Virus record (IMG/VR): IMGVR_UViG_3300029286_000009
Location: 195,733 to 259,732 of that record
Strand: one strand, 5' to 3'
DNA length: 64,000 nucleotides
The translations under genes were made by a program, and so were the position numbers. How positions within the stretch are numbered: the first letter of the stretch is position 1; each line of letters opens with the position of its first letter. The notes below the pieces were generated by a model. It had not been told where the DNA came from. It made no database searches and was given only the letters and a program-made list of their open reading frames with translations. Below are positions 38,042 through 48,335 of the stretch, piece after piece.

Positions 38042-38386
38042 ATGGGAAATTTTGACTATAGTTTTGCTCCTAGAGTTGCTAATGCATTCGCGACCCCTTA
38101 TCCGGCGTATGCCTGCAAGACTTTAACAGTGTCGGGTTTGTCAGTTGATTACAGTTTAAAGGATAATTCTTCATTGTTCACTATTTTGTCTGCTCCCGTG
38201 GAATTTTTGATTAAGGATATTACACAAGATATCTCTATAAAACTGAATTCAACAGACCATGATGCTGTTCCCATAGGTGTTGGTACGACATTTGGTGCTT
38301 CACCTTTTGTTACTACAGATATATATGTAACTGTATCGGGTTCATCTACCGCAACATTTACTATATTTGCTATGGGTTGGAAGTAA
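38042..38386 (+). CDS. small virion protein (paralog of 38883..39200)
   Basis: DYSLKDNSSLF...IKLNSTDHDAV versus DYDLKDNTTLF...VKFNSTDNDPI. Confidence 0.6.
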   Translation: MGNFDYSFAPRVANAFATPYPAYACKTLTVSGLSVDYSLKDNSSLFTILSAPVEFLIKDITQDISIKLNSTDHDAVPIGVGTTFGASPFVTTDIYVTVSGSSTATFTIFAMGWK

Positions 38387-38872
38387 ATGGCAGACCGTTC
38401 TGTAGGTATTCGCACATCTGGTGCCGATACTTATGTCGCTGCATTTACAGCAGCAGAACAAGCGGAGGGTAAAGAGCGTGTAGTTCAACTTACTGGATTG
38501 ACTGCTGGGAAAGTGAGCGAAAATCTAGCAAACTCTATTCGGACGGTTATAAGCGATGACGTATATGATGCTACAACTTTTTCGGGGAGTATTGTTATTG
38601 GTGATTCAGCTTACTTAACATGTTATTTACGACATTCCAGATCGGACGGTGAATGTCTTGTAACTCCTTTACTTTGCGATAATTATGGAATAGTAATGGG
38701 TTGTTTAGATAGCCAGAAGTCCAAAGTAATGCTACCAGTTGTTAGTGGTACATCCTATTTATCGAATAATCTTTCTTGGGCTGTTATGGAAACAGGAGCT
38801 TGGAAGGTTTTTGTTCATGTTTCGGGATTGTCTGCAGCTAACTCTGTGGACTTATGGGCTTTCACGATATAG
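38387..38872 (+). CDS. putative virion protein
   Basis: Beta-rich; head module context. Confidence 0.55.
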   Translation: MADRSVGIRTSGADTYVAAFTAAEQAEGKERVVQLTGLTAGKVSENLANSIRTVISDDVYDATTFSGSIVIGDSAYLTCYLRHSRSDGECLVTPLLCDNYGIVMGCLDSQKSKVMLPVVSGTSYLSNNLSWAVMETGAWKVFVHVSGLSAANSVDLWAFTI

Positions 38873-38882
38873 GTAAGGATAT

Positions 38883-39200
38883 ATGACTAGATATAATATG
38901 ATTTCTAGTGATCCATCTCGGGCGTACTCGGGTTACGCGGCTACGTCTGTAGATTTAGAAAATGTTGTGGATTATGATTTGAAGGATAACACAACACTGT
39001 TTGACTCGGTCGGTGTAGCTCGGATTTGTATAATTAAAACTACTGCACCAGTGTACGTAAAGTTTAATTCGACAGATAATGACCCAATAGAGTTTTTTTC
39101 TAATGACGGGTTTAGTTTTGGGTTACTCCCTATAGAAAATATTTATATAACCGCGGCGTTGTTAGCACACGTACGTGTAATTATAATAGGATATAACTAA
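38883..39200 (+). CDS. small virion protein
   Basis: Paralog of 38042..38386. Confidence 0.6.
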   Translation: MTRYNMISSDPSRAYSGYAATSVDLENVVDYDLKDNTTLFDSVGVARICIIKTTAPVYVKFNSTDNDPIEFFSNDGFSFGLLPIENIYITAALLAHVRVIIIGYN

Positions 39201-39585
39201 CATGGCTAAAGAACCTATTGTGATAGAGTGGACGTCTACCACAAAGGGAGACGACCCTAAACGATTTAGAATTGAGGACGTAAAGGCAGGTAAGTATGAG
39301 AAATGGTACTGGCTAAAAAGAATTAAGAGGTCGATTGTGGGCGAATAGAAAGATGCCTAACTATTACATCGGGTACTGTGATACTACAACAAGTGGAATA
39401 TCTTACAACGATATGGTAAACTATGTGAATATTGTAGTTTCTGGTATTACCATATCTGGTACGGATTATTATGATTTTGAGGGACAGGGTGGGATAGTAA
39501 CCACTGAGTCAGGGCGTGTTGTGGTTATCAACAACGAATATATCGACGGGGGAGTGTTTTAGTACTTTCGGGAGTTTAAACTAGA

Positions 39586-40845
39586 ATGTCTACAACAATT
39601 CAAATTAGAAGAGGTTTAAAAATCAATTTGCCCACTTTGGAAGAGGGGGAATTAGCTTATACAGTAGACGAAAATCTTGTGTACGTTGGGGATGGTTCGC
39701 ATAACTATTGTGTAGGTAATGTAGCTTCGGGGGTGGGAAACCCTTCAGGAAATTTAGTTGCTGGGCGTGTATATGTCAATACTGCTAGTGGTACGATCTT
39801 CTTTTGTAATGGTTCTGAATGGGTGGGTATCGGTGGTTCGGTTGGCACTTTAGATGATATTCAGGATGGCATTAATTATCAGCGTGTAGCTGCATCCGAA
39901 GTAGACTCTTCGGGGTATGTTATTCAAATCAACGATGGAACTCACTCTGTTACAGCAGAACAAAGCAGAGATCACATTGATAATGCAACAATTCACAGGT
40001 CTATTAATGACAGCGGCTCCTCTAATATAGATTTATGGTCAGCCCAGAGAATTATGGACCAGTTGGGGATTGCCATTAGAGGAATTGATTGGCAGTCATC
40101 AGTTCTGACTATTTCAGGTAGCCCGCCCGTTGGACCCGCAGAAGGGGAACGTTATATTATCTCTGTTGGTGCTACGGGGGGTTGGACAACTTATGATAAT
40201 TACATTTCAGAGTGGACAGTTGCTAGTGGAACTTGGGTAATGACTCAACCTAATGAAGGTTTTGCAGCTTGGGTTGAGGATGTAGACAAACTCTATTTGT
40301 ATACCGGTAATACTTGGACTCCCATGTCCTCAGTAACTCACCATAACTATCTGTCTGGTTTGGACGGCGGGAGCGAAGGAAGTTATTATCATCTTTCTCC
40401 TGCAGACTTTGCTGCCCTGACAACCAATCGTGCTGATACTGTTAAAGCTATTGTAGGACCCATGGCTTCAGGGACTCAAACATCTATCTCAGTTGACTAC
40501 AACGAACCTCTAGGCGTATTCGATTTTGTAGTTAGTGTTGCTCACTCAGCTACTACAGGGCAAACAGCTGATGATCACCACGCAGAACAACATGCCCTTA
40601 CAAGTTCTACAGTGCACACAGTAACAACGGTATCTGGTTATGTATTAAGAGCAACAGGAACTAATACCTTTGATTTTGGTCCTCTTATATCTACTGATTT
40701 ACCTCTTCATGCTTCTAGACATCAGCATGGTGGTGACGATGAAGTTGCTACAGCTACGCCTGCGGCAAATGCCATTCCGAAGTCAACGGCGGGGGCTGAT
40801 TTGAATAATTGGATAACTCTTTTGGACGGGGGTAGTTTTGTCTAA
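39586..40845 (+). CDS. fibre-like virion protein (Mtd-N/hyaluronidase-N start, DUF2793-like domain)
   Basis: MSTTIQIRRG...LEEGELAYT..LVYVGDG; PP..GERYII..ATGGW...PNEGFAAWVEDV. Confidence 0.7.
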   Translation: MSTTIQIRRGLKINLPTLEEGELAYTVDENLVYVGDGSHNYCVGNVASGVGNPSGNLVAGRVYVNTASGTIFFCNGSEWVGIGGSVGTLDDIQDGINYQRVAASEVDSSGYVIQINDGTHSVTAEQSRDHIDNATIHRSINDSGSSNIDLWSAQRIMDQLGIAIRGIDWQSSVLTISGSPPVGPAEGERYIISVGATGGWTTYDNYISEWTVASGTWVMTQPNEGFAAWVEDVDKLYLYTGNTWTPMSSVTHHNYLSGLDGGSEGSYYHLSPADFAALTTNRADTVKAIVGPMASGTQTSISVDYNEPLGVFDFVVSVAHSATTGQTADDHHAEQHALTSSTVHTVTTVSGYVLRATGTNTFDFGPLISTDLPLHASRHQHGGDDEVATATPAANAIPKSTAGADLNNWITLLDGGSFV

Positions 40846-40911
40846 GGTTTTTTATTATTTAGGTATTTTGGTGGGGGCTATATGAAATTCGGTACCTAAA
40901 AGGATTTATGA

Positions 40912-42987
40912 ATGTCAACAGTTATTCAAGTTAAAAGAGGTACTGAGGCACAGATATTAGAAAACCCAATGGCAGTTGGGGAGTTAGCCCTATGTACCTC
41001 AACTTGCTCAATTTTTTCTTATAACGGTGTAACCAAATGCCTGATTGGTAAAGCAATCGTAGATACTTATGACAATATGACTACTTACAGCGGTGTAAGT
41101 GGCCGCTTCTTCTTCAGTTCTGACACGGGAAATTTGTATGTTCATACAGGAACAGTCTGGTCTGGTATTTCTTTATTAGACAACTATATAACTTCTTCAA
41201 CTTTATCCACAACCAGTGGCAATATTGTATCACAAATAATCATCTCACATGGCAGTTTACAGAATTTAAACACTGATGATCACACACAGTATTTCTTAGC
41301 AGACGGTTCTAGAGAATTATCTGGTAATTTACTACCAGAGATGACTGGTGCTAGTGGTGTAGTGTCAACGCGGGACTTAGGCAGTCCTACCCAGAAAATA
41401 AATAATATTTATGTGCATGATGTCCGTATGGGTGGGGAATCGTTATATGTGAATGATAAACTCATTCTGTATGATACATCACCTGAATTAGTTTTTAGAA
41501 CAGATGCGAATCAGGATTTATCTCTAAAGACGTACGGACTTGGTGACATAAACCTAATATCAGATCATGCTGATGTGGGTTTAGTTGCCTACGACACTTT
41601 TTCTGTTATAGCTGAAACAGTAGATTTATGGGCGGACGTCAAAGTTACTGGAAAGGTTTCATCTTCAGAAGGATTCCAGATCAATGAAGCTGCTCCAGCA
41701 GGTCAGTTTTTGAGGTCTAATGGGACAGTGTTTTTTGGTGGAACAATTCAAACTGGGGATATCCCCGATATTTCTGCAAACTATATAACTCCTGCTAGAT
41801 TAACTACTGTGTCGGGTGATCTCATTACTCAAATCCCTTCATTAGAAGAGTATGCAACCCAAAGTTGGGCAAATGGACAATTCATTACACCAGTTGTTCT
41901 GACAACTACTAGCGGAGATATAGTAACACAAATTCCGAGTTTAACAAATTATGTTACTACGTCTACTCTATCTACTGTAAGTGGGAATATAATGACGCAG
42001 ATTCCTGATGTGGTGGGAGGAAGATTGGATTATGTTTCAACAACCCAGATAAAATGGTCATTTTTAAATTCAAATCAGGTACGAATTTTCAACAATTCTA
42101 CTTTTCTCGAAGAGGTTGTTAACTGTTCTTCTGAGCCTACTCTTTCATCTACAGGTAATGATATAGGTGGTGTAGCAATAACCTACGATACAGTTTATGA
42201 TATATTTGCGGTTTACACTAGTGCTACTACTATCGCATTGGCTGTTGCTAAATGGGCTGTATCTACTGCTGGTTCTAGTGCAAGATATGCTGCGTGGGTT
42301 ACGAGTACGGATTATAAAGTAGGGGATAAAGTGTCTAACGGTGGTTCCTATTACCCATGTATTGCGGCACATACATCTGATACTTTTGCTACAGATTTAG
42401 CTGCTGGAAAATGGGGACCAGCCATGGCTGGTACCGGAGATCTTTTGGGGTTGGATATACTTGGTGGTTCTCCTGTTTTTTCGAATACCGGTGCATGGCG
42501 GGGGTATAGATGGTTAGGGACAGTTACAACTTTTAATGATTCGGGATCGAAGTTTAAGAGTAGCACAACGCAATTATCTATTTCAAATTATTATAATGCT
42601 AAATTATTTAGGATTGGTCCTGCAAATGTAACTGCATCTTGGACGTATGATACTGCTGTTTGGAGGGAAAGCAATACAGGAACTGGGCAGACAAGAGCTG
42701 TTCATGCCCCATGTAGAACACAGTATGTTACCGGAGTAATAAGTGAGCATACGAATACTGCTGTTGGTGGGGCAATTTGGCTTGGTATCGCCGTAGACTC
42801 ATCTACTACTAATACTGTTACTGCTTCTCACGCTTTTTCTAGCACTTGGTTTTGGCTTGTAAATCCCATTTCTTTTTCATTGGCTAAAGGCTATCATTAT
42901 ATTACGTCATTAGAATATCCACAGGCTGGAGTTAATACGATTATGGGTGGTGGCTACTTACAAACCCATATAATGATACTTGCATAA
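40912..42987 (+). CDS. fibre-like virion protein with a carbohydrate-binding (CBM5/12-like) module
   Basis: MSTVIQVKRG..GELA; DDHTQY; TTxSGD repeats; AWVTSTDYKVGDKVSNGGSYYPCIAAHTS. Confidence 0.7.
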   Translation: MSTVIQVKRGTEAQILENPMAVGELALCTSTCSIFSYNGVTKCLIGKAIVDTYDNMTTYSGVSGRFFFSSDTGNLYVHTGTVWSGISLLDNYITSSTLSTTSGNIVSQIIISHGSLQNLNTDDHTQYFLADGSRELSGNLLPEMTGASGVVSTRDLGSPTQKINNIYVHDVRMGGESLYVNDKLILYDTSPELVFRTDANQDLSLKTYGLGDINLISDHADVGLVAYDTFSVIAETVDLWADVKVTGKVSSSEGFQINEAAPAGQFLRSNGTVFFGGTIQTGDIPDISANYITPARLTTVSGDLITQIPSLEEYATQSWANGQFITPVVLTTTSGDIVTQIPSLTNYVTTSTLSTVSGNIMTQIPDVVGGRLDYVSTTQIKWSFLNSNQVRIFNNSTFLEEVVNCSSEPTLSSTGNDIGGVAITYDTVYDIFAVYTSATTIALAVAKWAVSTAGSSARYAAWVTSTDYKVGDKVSNGGSYYPCIAAHTSDTFATDLAAGKWGPAMAGTGDLLGLDILGGSPVFSNTGAWRGYRWLGTVTTFNDSGSKFKSSTTQLSISNYYNAKLFRIGPANVTASWTYDTAVWRESNTGTGQTRAVHAPCRTQYVTGVISEHTNTAVGGAIWLGIAVDSSTTNTVTASHAFSSTWFWLVNPISFSLAKGYHYITSLEYPQAGVNTIMGGGYLQTHIMILA

Positions 42988-43438
42988 TTATGGGGAGGGT
43001 GTTGATATGAACGAAGTGATGGACGAGAAAATTTTGGCGGAGGCACAAAAATCAAAAGAAATTCATAACGAATTGTTGGCAGTAGGGCTGTTAGTTAGTG
43101 GTGTAGATTCTAATGATAACATACATTTAGATGGGGCTGATGCCCAAGGTTTAGTTCCGTTAGTATTGGCAGCACATGGGCTCAGTTCCTCGTCAGCTGA
43201 ATGTATAGCCTTAAAAATTGCTTTAGGAGAAACATCTTCAGAGTGGTTGGCTTATATTGGGGTGAGGAAGATTCCCATAAAATTACAGCGCGAGGAGAGG
43301 TTCAGAACAGAAACAGATCCCGTTCGTATGAATATAGATGATGAATATACGGTAGGGTCTGCAGAGTGGACGACTGCGTTAGAGGAATGGAAAACTTTGA
43401 AGAGTCAAATTAGAACTGAGTTACCCTATCCAGGATAA
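42980..43438 (+). CDS. putative fibre assembly chaperone
   Basis: REERFRTETDP...EWKTLKSQIRTELPYP C-terminus, typical of fibre chaperones. Confidence 0.55.
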   Translation: MHNYGEGVDMNEVMDEKILAEAQKSKEIHNELLAVGLLVSGVDSNDNIHLDGADAQGLVPLVLAAHGLSSSSAECIALKIALGETSSEWLAYIGVRKIPIKLQREERFRTETDPVRMNIDDEYTVGSAEWTTALEEWKTLKSQIRTELPYPG

Positions 43439-43639
43439 ATGATAGTGTAATAAACAGGCGATTTCGGATAATAACTAAGTTACTTTGTTAGGATGGAGAG
43501 CATTACTATTAGGCAGTGCTAATTACTGAAGAGGTAATATGCAACAATTTTTAATTGGATTGGAATGCGGAATGGCTCTAGGAAGAATTCTATTGGCAGT
43601 TCTTTATGAGTTGCGGCGGAGGTAAAAAGTTATAGTATT

Positions 43640-44314
43640 TTGGGATCGATGCATAGTAAATTTGCAGAAATAGGAGACCCGAAATTGGCAACGATATTTT
43701 TATCGGATGTTGATGTGGGCGGAAGGCATGATAATAATTATACCTTGTTGCTTGACTATCTGCGTCAGTATATAAAGGAAACTGATAAAATTGTTATTGT
43801 AGGGGATTTACTTAATCTACAAGATGCTCCTATGGGTGAAGTCTTGTCTGTGGCACAAGATATACTGAAGTTTCTCTTCAAAGACTGCCGTTCCAAGTTA
43901 CATTACATAATTGGGGATAAAGATAATGATATGATATTTCTTAAAGATATATTTCCTATTGTTCACTCCGCTCTTACTTTTCCTATCGCTAATAAGAAAG
44001 CAATCTGCTTGCATGGGCATTTGCTAACTCCCACTGTAGACACCTCAAGTGGTTTCTTCCATCAATTATATAAAAGACTTTGTCCGGAGCAAGAGTCAGT
44101 ATACGAAGCTAATATTGTAACTGTCTTTAAAGACAAGTTTGATTATGTTATTACTGGACATACTTTCTCGCCCACTATTAAGGATTTGGGGGGCATTACT
44201 TACATAAATGTTGGTGATGTAGTGGTTAATAAGACACTTTTGATCGCAAGGGCCAATGGGTTTGAGTTAATCAGTTATGTAACAGGTGAAGTTGTTGCGA
44301 GTGCTGGAGTTTAA
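43640..44314 (+). CDS. calcineurin-like metallophosphoesterase (LpxH-like), degenerate active site
   Basis: LSDVD, VGDLLN, IGDKD, LHGH, TGHTF, YINVGD. Confidence 0.7.
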   Translation: MGSMHSKFAEIGDPKLATIFLSDVDVGGRHDNNYTLLLDYLRQYIKETDKIVIVGDLLNLQDAPMGEVLSVAQDILKFLFKDCRSKLHYIIGDKDNDMIFLKDIFPIVHSALTFPIANKKAICLHGHLLTPTVDTSSGFFHQLYKRLCPEQESVYEANIVTVFKDKFDYVITGHTFSPTIKDLGGITYINVGDVVVNKTLLIARANGFELISYVTGEVVASAGV

Positions 44315-44317
44315 AGA

Positions 44318-44635
44318 ATGATAAAAGACCAGCCAAGAGATATAGAAAATGTTACCGTAGGAAATTCAGTGGGTGGAATATTGCCTGTTCAGAACTTTAC
44401 TGTAGTGAGTGGTGAATGGACACCTATCATAACAAATACTGACATAAAAGAATTTCTTCTACAACCCCGCCAAAAGTACACTTGGTTCTTTGCTACTGCA
44501 TCTGGTGCAGCCACCTACTTCACATTTCGGGATGGGGCCGCTTGGGAGACTAGGTTAGTAGTTGATACATCTGCAACGATAGGATGGGTTAGTTCTGATT
44601 ACAGTATAACTATGGAATTTTTGGCTGGTCGATGA
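44318..44635 (+). CDS. small virion protein
   Basis: Beta-rich; coupled to the next gene. Confidence 0.5.
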   Translation: MIKDQPRDIENVTVGNSVGGILPVQNFTVVSGEWTPIITNTDIKEFLLQPRQKYTWFFATASGAATYFTFRDGAAWETRLVVDTSATIGWVSSDYSITMEFLAGR

Positions 44636-47442
44636 AAATTATTTACCCTTTCCCTATTTCTGATTACTATACTAAAGACCAAATAGACTCTTTTCTAATG
44701 GGTATTACCCCTACTATATCTGGAGTTTATGGTATAATTGCTACTTACCAAGATAACCTTTGGTATGTGAGTGGGCAGTCTTTATCAGATTGGGCTAGTG
44801 CTACTTTTGTAGGTACAGCAGCAATGACCACCATTAGTGGGGATTTGGTAGCACAAATGGAACTTGGTGGCGGAGTAACCCAAGAGCAACTAACTACCGC
44901 TTCTGGAGATATAGTTGTTCAAATTCCTTCCTTAGTGGGTTACGCTACACAGAGTTGGGTTGCTAATTCTTATGTAGATAATGGGCAAATGACTACTATA
45001 AGTGGGGATATTATAGCTCAAATTGGTGAGCCTGGGGGCGGGGTCACGTTTGAGCAGTTAACTACTGCAAGTGGTGATATTGTTTCTCAGATACCTACTG
45101 ATTACGTTACGCATGGACAAATTACCACGGTAAGCGGGGATGTTGTGGCTCAAATTCCTTCTTTATCAGGTTATGCTACACAGTCTTGGGCAAATCTAAA
45201 TTTTATCGATTTAAATGAAATGACTACTATCAGCGGAGATTTATTAGCTCAGGTAGGTGGAGGCATTACTGTAGAACAGCTAACTACAACTTCCGGCGAT
45301 ATTATATCTCAGATACCCGCGTTGGTGGGACAGGGTGGCATTACTACAAACCTTATAGGGTTAACTTGGTATGTAGATGGCAGCACTATTAGCGGTGGAA
45401 CGGCGGGCTTACCTACGGGAAGCCTTAATGCACTTTTAATTAACAGTGGCGTAGAATGGGTATCAACTACGTCTGGGACACCATCAGTTAGTAGCATTAA
45501 ATTTACGGACGGGTCAGAGGCAACCACAGCGAGGTCTGTAGTGGCTTGTTCAGGAACTGAGGTCACTCAAGTTTTTGATGTCTACTATAGCGATAGTTTT
45601 CCAAAAGAATTATTTACACTTCCAGCTAATTGCGAAGTTACTAACGTAGCTATAACTGTTGTAAGTGGGTTTTTAGGTGGTTACGGGGCAGAAATGTACC
45701 CGACACTCGATCTTATCACTGGTACTACAAATGCAGGTGCAGCGACTAGTTTTAGAAGGGGAGGGGAGTATTTAAAAAATGGGTGGTATGTTAATTATAT
45801 AGGAGTAGGTTGCACAAATGGTGCGGTTATAAAGCCTAAATATGGTAAGGTATGGTCTGCTGGAACGGCTGATTGCCGCGACAGTTTAGCAATTACAGTG
45901 AGTGGTGGCCAGATATCTTTCACAAAGGACGGAGGGAATTATTGGCAAGCATGTGATTTATTTAGGGTACCAGATACTGGAAATTATGAAATCGGTGTGT
46001 ATAACGCAATCACACTTAATTCTTTTTCATCGAGCAGCGCTCCTGGTCTTTACGGAATAACACAGTCTTATAAAACAGGTAATCAAACAGGTACCCAGAT
46101 TACAACCTGGACGGTGAGTACAAGTTATAGTGTAAGGTTATCTGCAAGATACGCAGTTAGTTATAAAATAGGTGAAGAACTTGATAATGAATCAATAATA
46201 AAGGAGTTTACTCCTTCTGTTTATACATCAGTTTCTGGACTTCAACAGGGCAATATTTGGTATCCGACCGCGTCTGACCGTTTAATAAAGATTTATAAGA
46301 ATGAAACTGTTGCGGATACTTCTGGTTATATGCAAGTTACGATAAAGTATAGAGAACATTGTTTTGATGCTGCACAACAGACAGTAATTTCGGGCGGGGA
46401 AAATATTTATATAGAACAAACAGATTACAATAGGTTTGCAGTTTCAGCGACTACTCCGTGTTATCAGAGCTTATGCCAACGAACTATTCAGGCATCGATT
46501 TCTGGTGTGTCCTTTCCTATCGGATTCTCATTATTACCATCTAATCATATCTTACAAAGTATGTCCTTGACTTTAAGCGGGGTTGTAGGGGGTGGGGGGT
46601 CAACTGTTGGGATTTCTATCCCAGATAAAGCTGTGAGCCAATTCGATAATTATACATTAGTTAATAAAGATGTTCTTCTAGATAATCAAGCACAGATAAG
46701 TTCTGTGTGGCTCTTTAACAAGACTGCTGGGGCCCAGTTTACACTTAAACAAGCAAGGGAGGTAGTTGCAGGTACTTACACACTTGGTGATATTTACTCT
46801 GGTACGCACAATGGGGATGGTGAGCAACAATTTGATTTTGCTCCAGTTACCGTAACCGGTACCGGATCTGATACAATGTATATTTCTGTGTATTGGAGTG
46901 GGGGTACAGAAACCGCCGGAGCTACTATTGTTGCATCATACAGAAAAGTAGGTAACCTAACTGGATATCAATCTGGTTTTGCAAGTTCCGTCTCATATGG
47001 GTGTTGGGTAAAGGTTGGTTATGCCCCTTCGTTGTCAGTTGGTGTTCCTGCAGATCAAACAAGATTTATTCCTGTGTTTACTTCAGCATCTGGAACGGTT
47101 ATCTCTACAGGTACATTTGGTCCGTATAGTGAAGTAGTTCCCATAGAAATTTATTCAACATCTACAAATATATCAGACCCAACTTCGGGTTTACTTGATT
47201 TAACTTACAGCTATTATAATCCGCAAAGTATTCAATACAACCGCGGTTATGGTTTACCTTGGTCGGGTGATGTTGGGACAGAGATAACTCATAATTTTGG
47301 AAATATTAATCATACAATATACATTACTCCTAATGATATAAATCCAGGAAATTGGTGGGTTACTAAGGGAATTAACACTGATACAGTGTATTCTAATACA
47401 TTGTCTGGTACTGGAACTTTCGATTGGTTTATCCAGCTATAA
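44632..47442 (+). CDS. large repeat-containing fibre/decoration protein
   Basis: N-terminal repeats such as (L/M)TT(A/I)SGDI(V/I)xQIPSLxGYATQSW; T/S/G-rich. Confidence 0.7.
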   Translation: MKIIYPFPISDYYTKDQIDSFLMGITPTISGVYGIIATYQDNLWYVSGQSLSDWASATFVGTAAMTTISGDLVAQMELGGGVTQEQLTTASGDIVVQIPSLVGYATQSWVANSYVDNGQMTTISGDIIAQIGEPGGGVTFEQLTTASGDIVSQIPTDYVTHGQITTVSGDVVAQIPSLSGYATQSWANLNFIDLNEMTTISGDLLAQVGGGITVEQLTTTSGDIISQIPALVGQGGITTNLIGLTWYVDGSTISGGTAGLPTGSLNALLINSGVEWVSTTSGTPSVSSIKFTDGSEATTARSVVACSGTEVTQVFDVYYSDSFPKELFTLPANCEVTNVAITVVSGFLGGYGAEMYPTLDLITGTTNAGAATSFRRGGEYLKNGWYVNYIGVGCTNGAVIKPKYGKVWSAGTADCRDSLAITVSGGQISFTKDGGNYWQACDLFRVPDTGNYEIGVYNAITLNSFSSSSAPGLYGITQSYKTGNQTGTQITTWTVSTSYSVRLSARYAVSYKIGEELDNESIIKEFTPSVYTSVSGLQQGNIWYPTASDRLIKIYKNETVADTSGYMQVTIKYREHCFDAAQQTVISGGENIYIEQTDYNRFAVSATTPCYQSLCQRTIQASISGVSFPIGFSLLPSNHILQSMSLTLSGVVGGGGSTVGISIPDKAVSQFDNYTLVNKDVLLDNQAQISSVWLFNKTAGAQFTLKQAREVVAGTYTLGDIYSGTHNGDGEQQFDFAPVTVTGTGSDTMYISVYWSGGTETAGATIVASYRKVGNLTGYQSGFASSVSYGCWVKVGYAPSLSVGVPADQTRFIPVFTSASGTVISTGTFGPYSEVVPIEIYSTSTNISDPTSGLLDLTYSYYNPQSIQYNRGYGLPWSGDVGTEITHNFGNINHTIYITPNDINPGNWWVTKGINTDTVYSNTLSGTGTFDWFIQL

Positions 47443-47603
47443 ATTTTTATTTAACTTTATACACCGAAAACCGTGTAATTAACTAACTTAAATATATAAG
47501 CAGATAATAAAAGGTGGAAAAGGTCAAGGTTTTGTGGGGGCAGAACAGGTGATAATAAGTCGCCAAAAGACTTGGTACACTCTATTAGTGGAGGGTTTAA
47601 TGA

Positions 47604-48335
47604 ATGAAATCGACCAATAAAAACAAGCAAATTAGGGCAACAGCTAAGCAGGCAGTCGCAGAAGTTTTAGCTGACGAAACTAATCAGAAAGGCAAACTGG
47701 AAGAGCTTGTTGAAGGTTATCAGACTGACCTCGCAGATTTGTCAGATGCCAAAGCTGCGGTTGAGGAGGATAATCAGTCTCTTGCAGCTGAAAATGAAGC
47801 CCTAAGAAGCGAAAAGAAAGACTTAGAGCAAAAGATTATTGATTTAGAGAAGGAAATTTCTAAGCTTACAGCGTTGCACGCTGCAGCGGAACTGGCTAAG
47901 AACGATCTGGAAACTAAGTTGCATAATATGGAACAGGATGCTGCTATGCAGAAAAGGATAGCTGAGCTTGAGGAGGCTGATCTCCTGGAGAGTGCTAGTG
48001 TAACAGATAAACTGAGAACTAAAATTAAGAAGATGGATGACGAAGAGTTCGCTGACTACAAAGGTGAGCTTGTAGCATTCAAAGTTCGTTGGGAAAAGAA
48101 GGTTGCTCAGACTGCAACTGTTCCTGTGGGTGTGGCAGTTGACAATGGTGTAGATACTGACACAGATATTAGTGACGACGTGCTAGACAACCCGAGAACG
48201 ACTGCGGCAGAACTCCTGAAACTCAAAAAGCAAATGGCATCTCTTACTGTTATTCCTGCTGGAGGCGACGATGACCTCCCAGAAGAGATGGCTAAAGACT
48301 ATGCGAGCATGTGGGATGAGGAGGAGAAGAAATAA
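47604..48335 (+). CDS. capsid scaffolding protein
   Basis: Acidic long coiled coil upstream of the capsid genes. Confidence 0.65.
   Translation: MKSTNKNKQIRATAKQAVAEVLADETNQKGKLEELVEGYQTDLADLSDAKAAVEEDNQSLAAENEALRSEKKDLEQKIIDLEKEISKLTALHAAAELAKNDLETKLHNMEQDAAMQKRIAELEEADLLESASVTDKLRTKIKKMDDEEFADYKGELVAFKVRWEKKVAQTATVPVGVAVDNGVDTDTDISDDVLDNPRTTAAELLKLKKQMASLTVIPAGGDDDLPEEMAKDYASMWDEEEKK

Noticed and set aside
39586-47442. Diversity-generating retroelement suggested by Mtd-like N-termini
   Set aside because: No reverse transcriptase and no TR/VR pair with adenine-specific mismatches seen.
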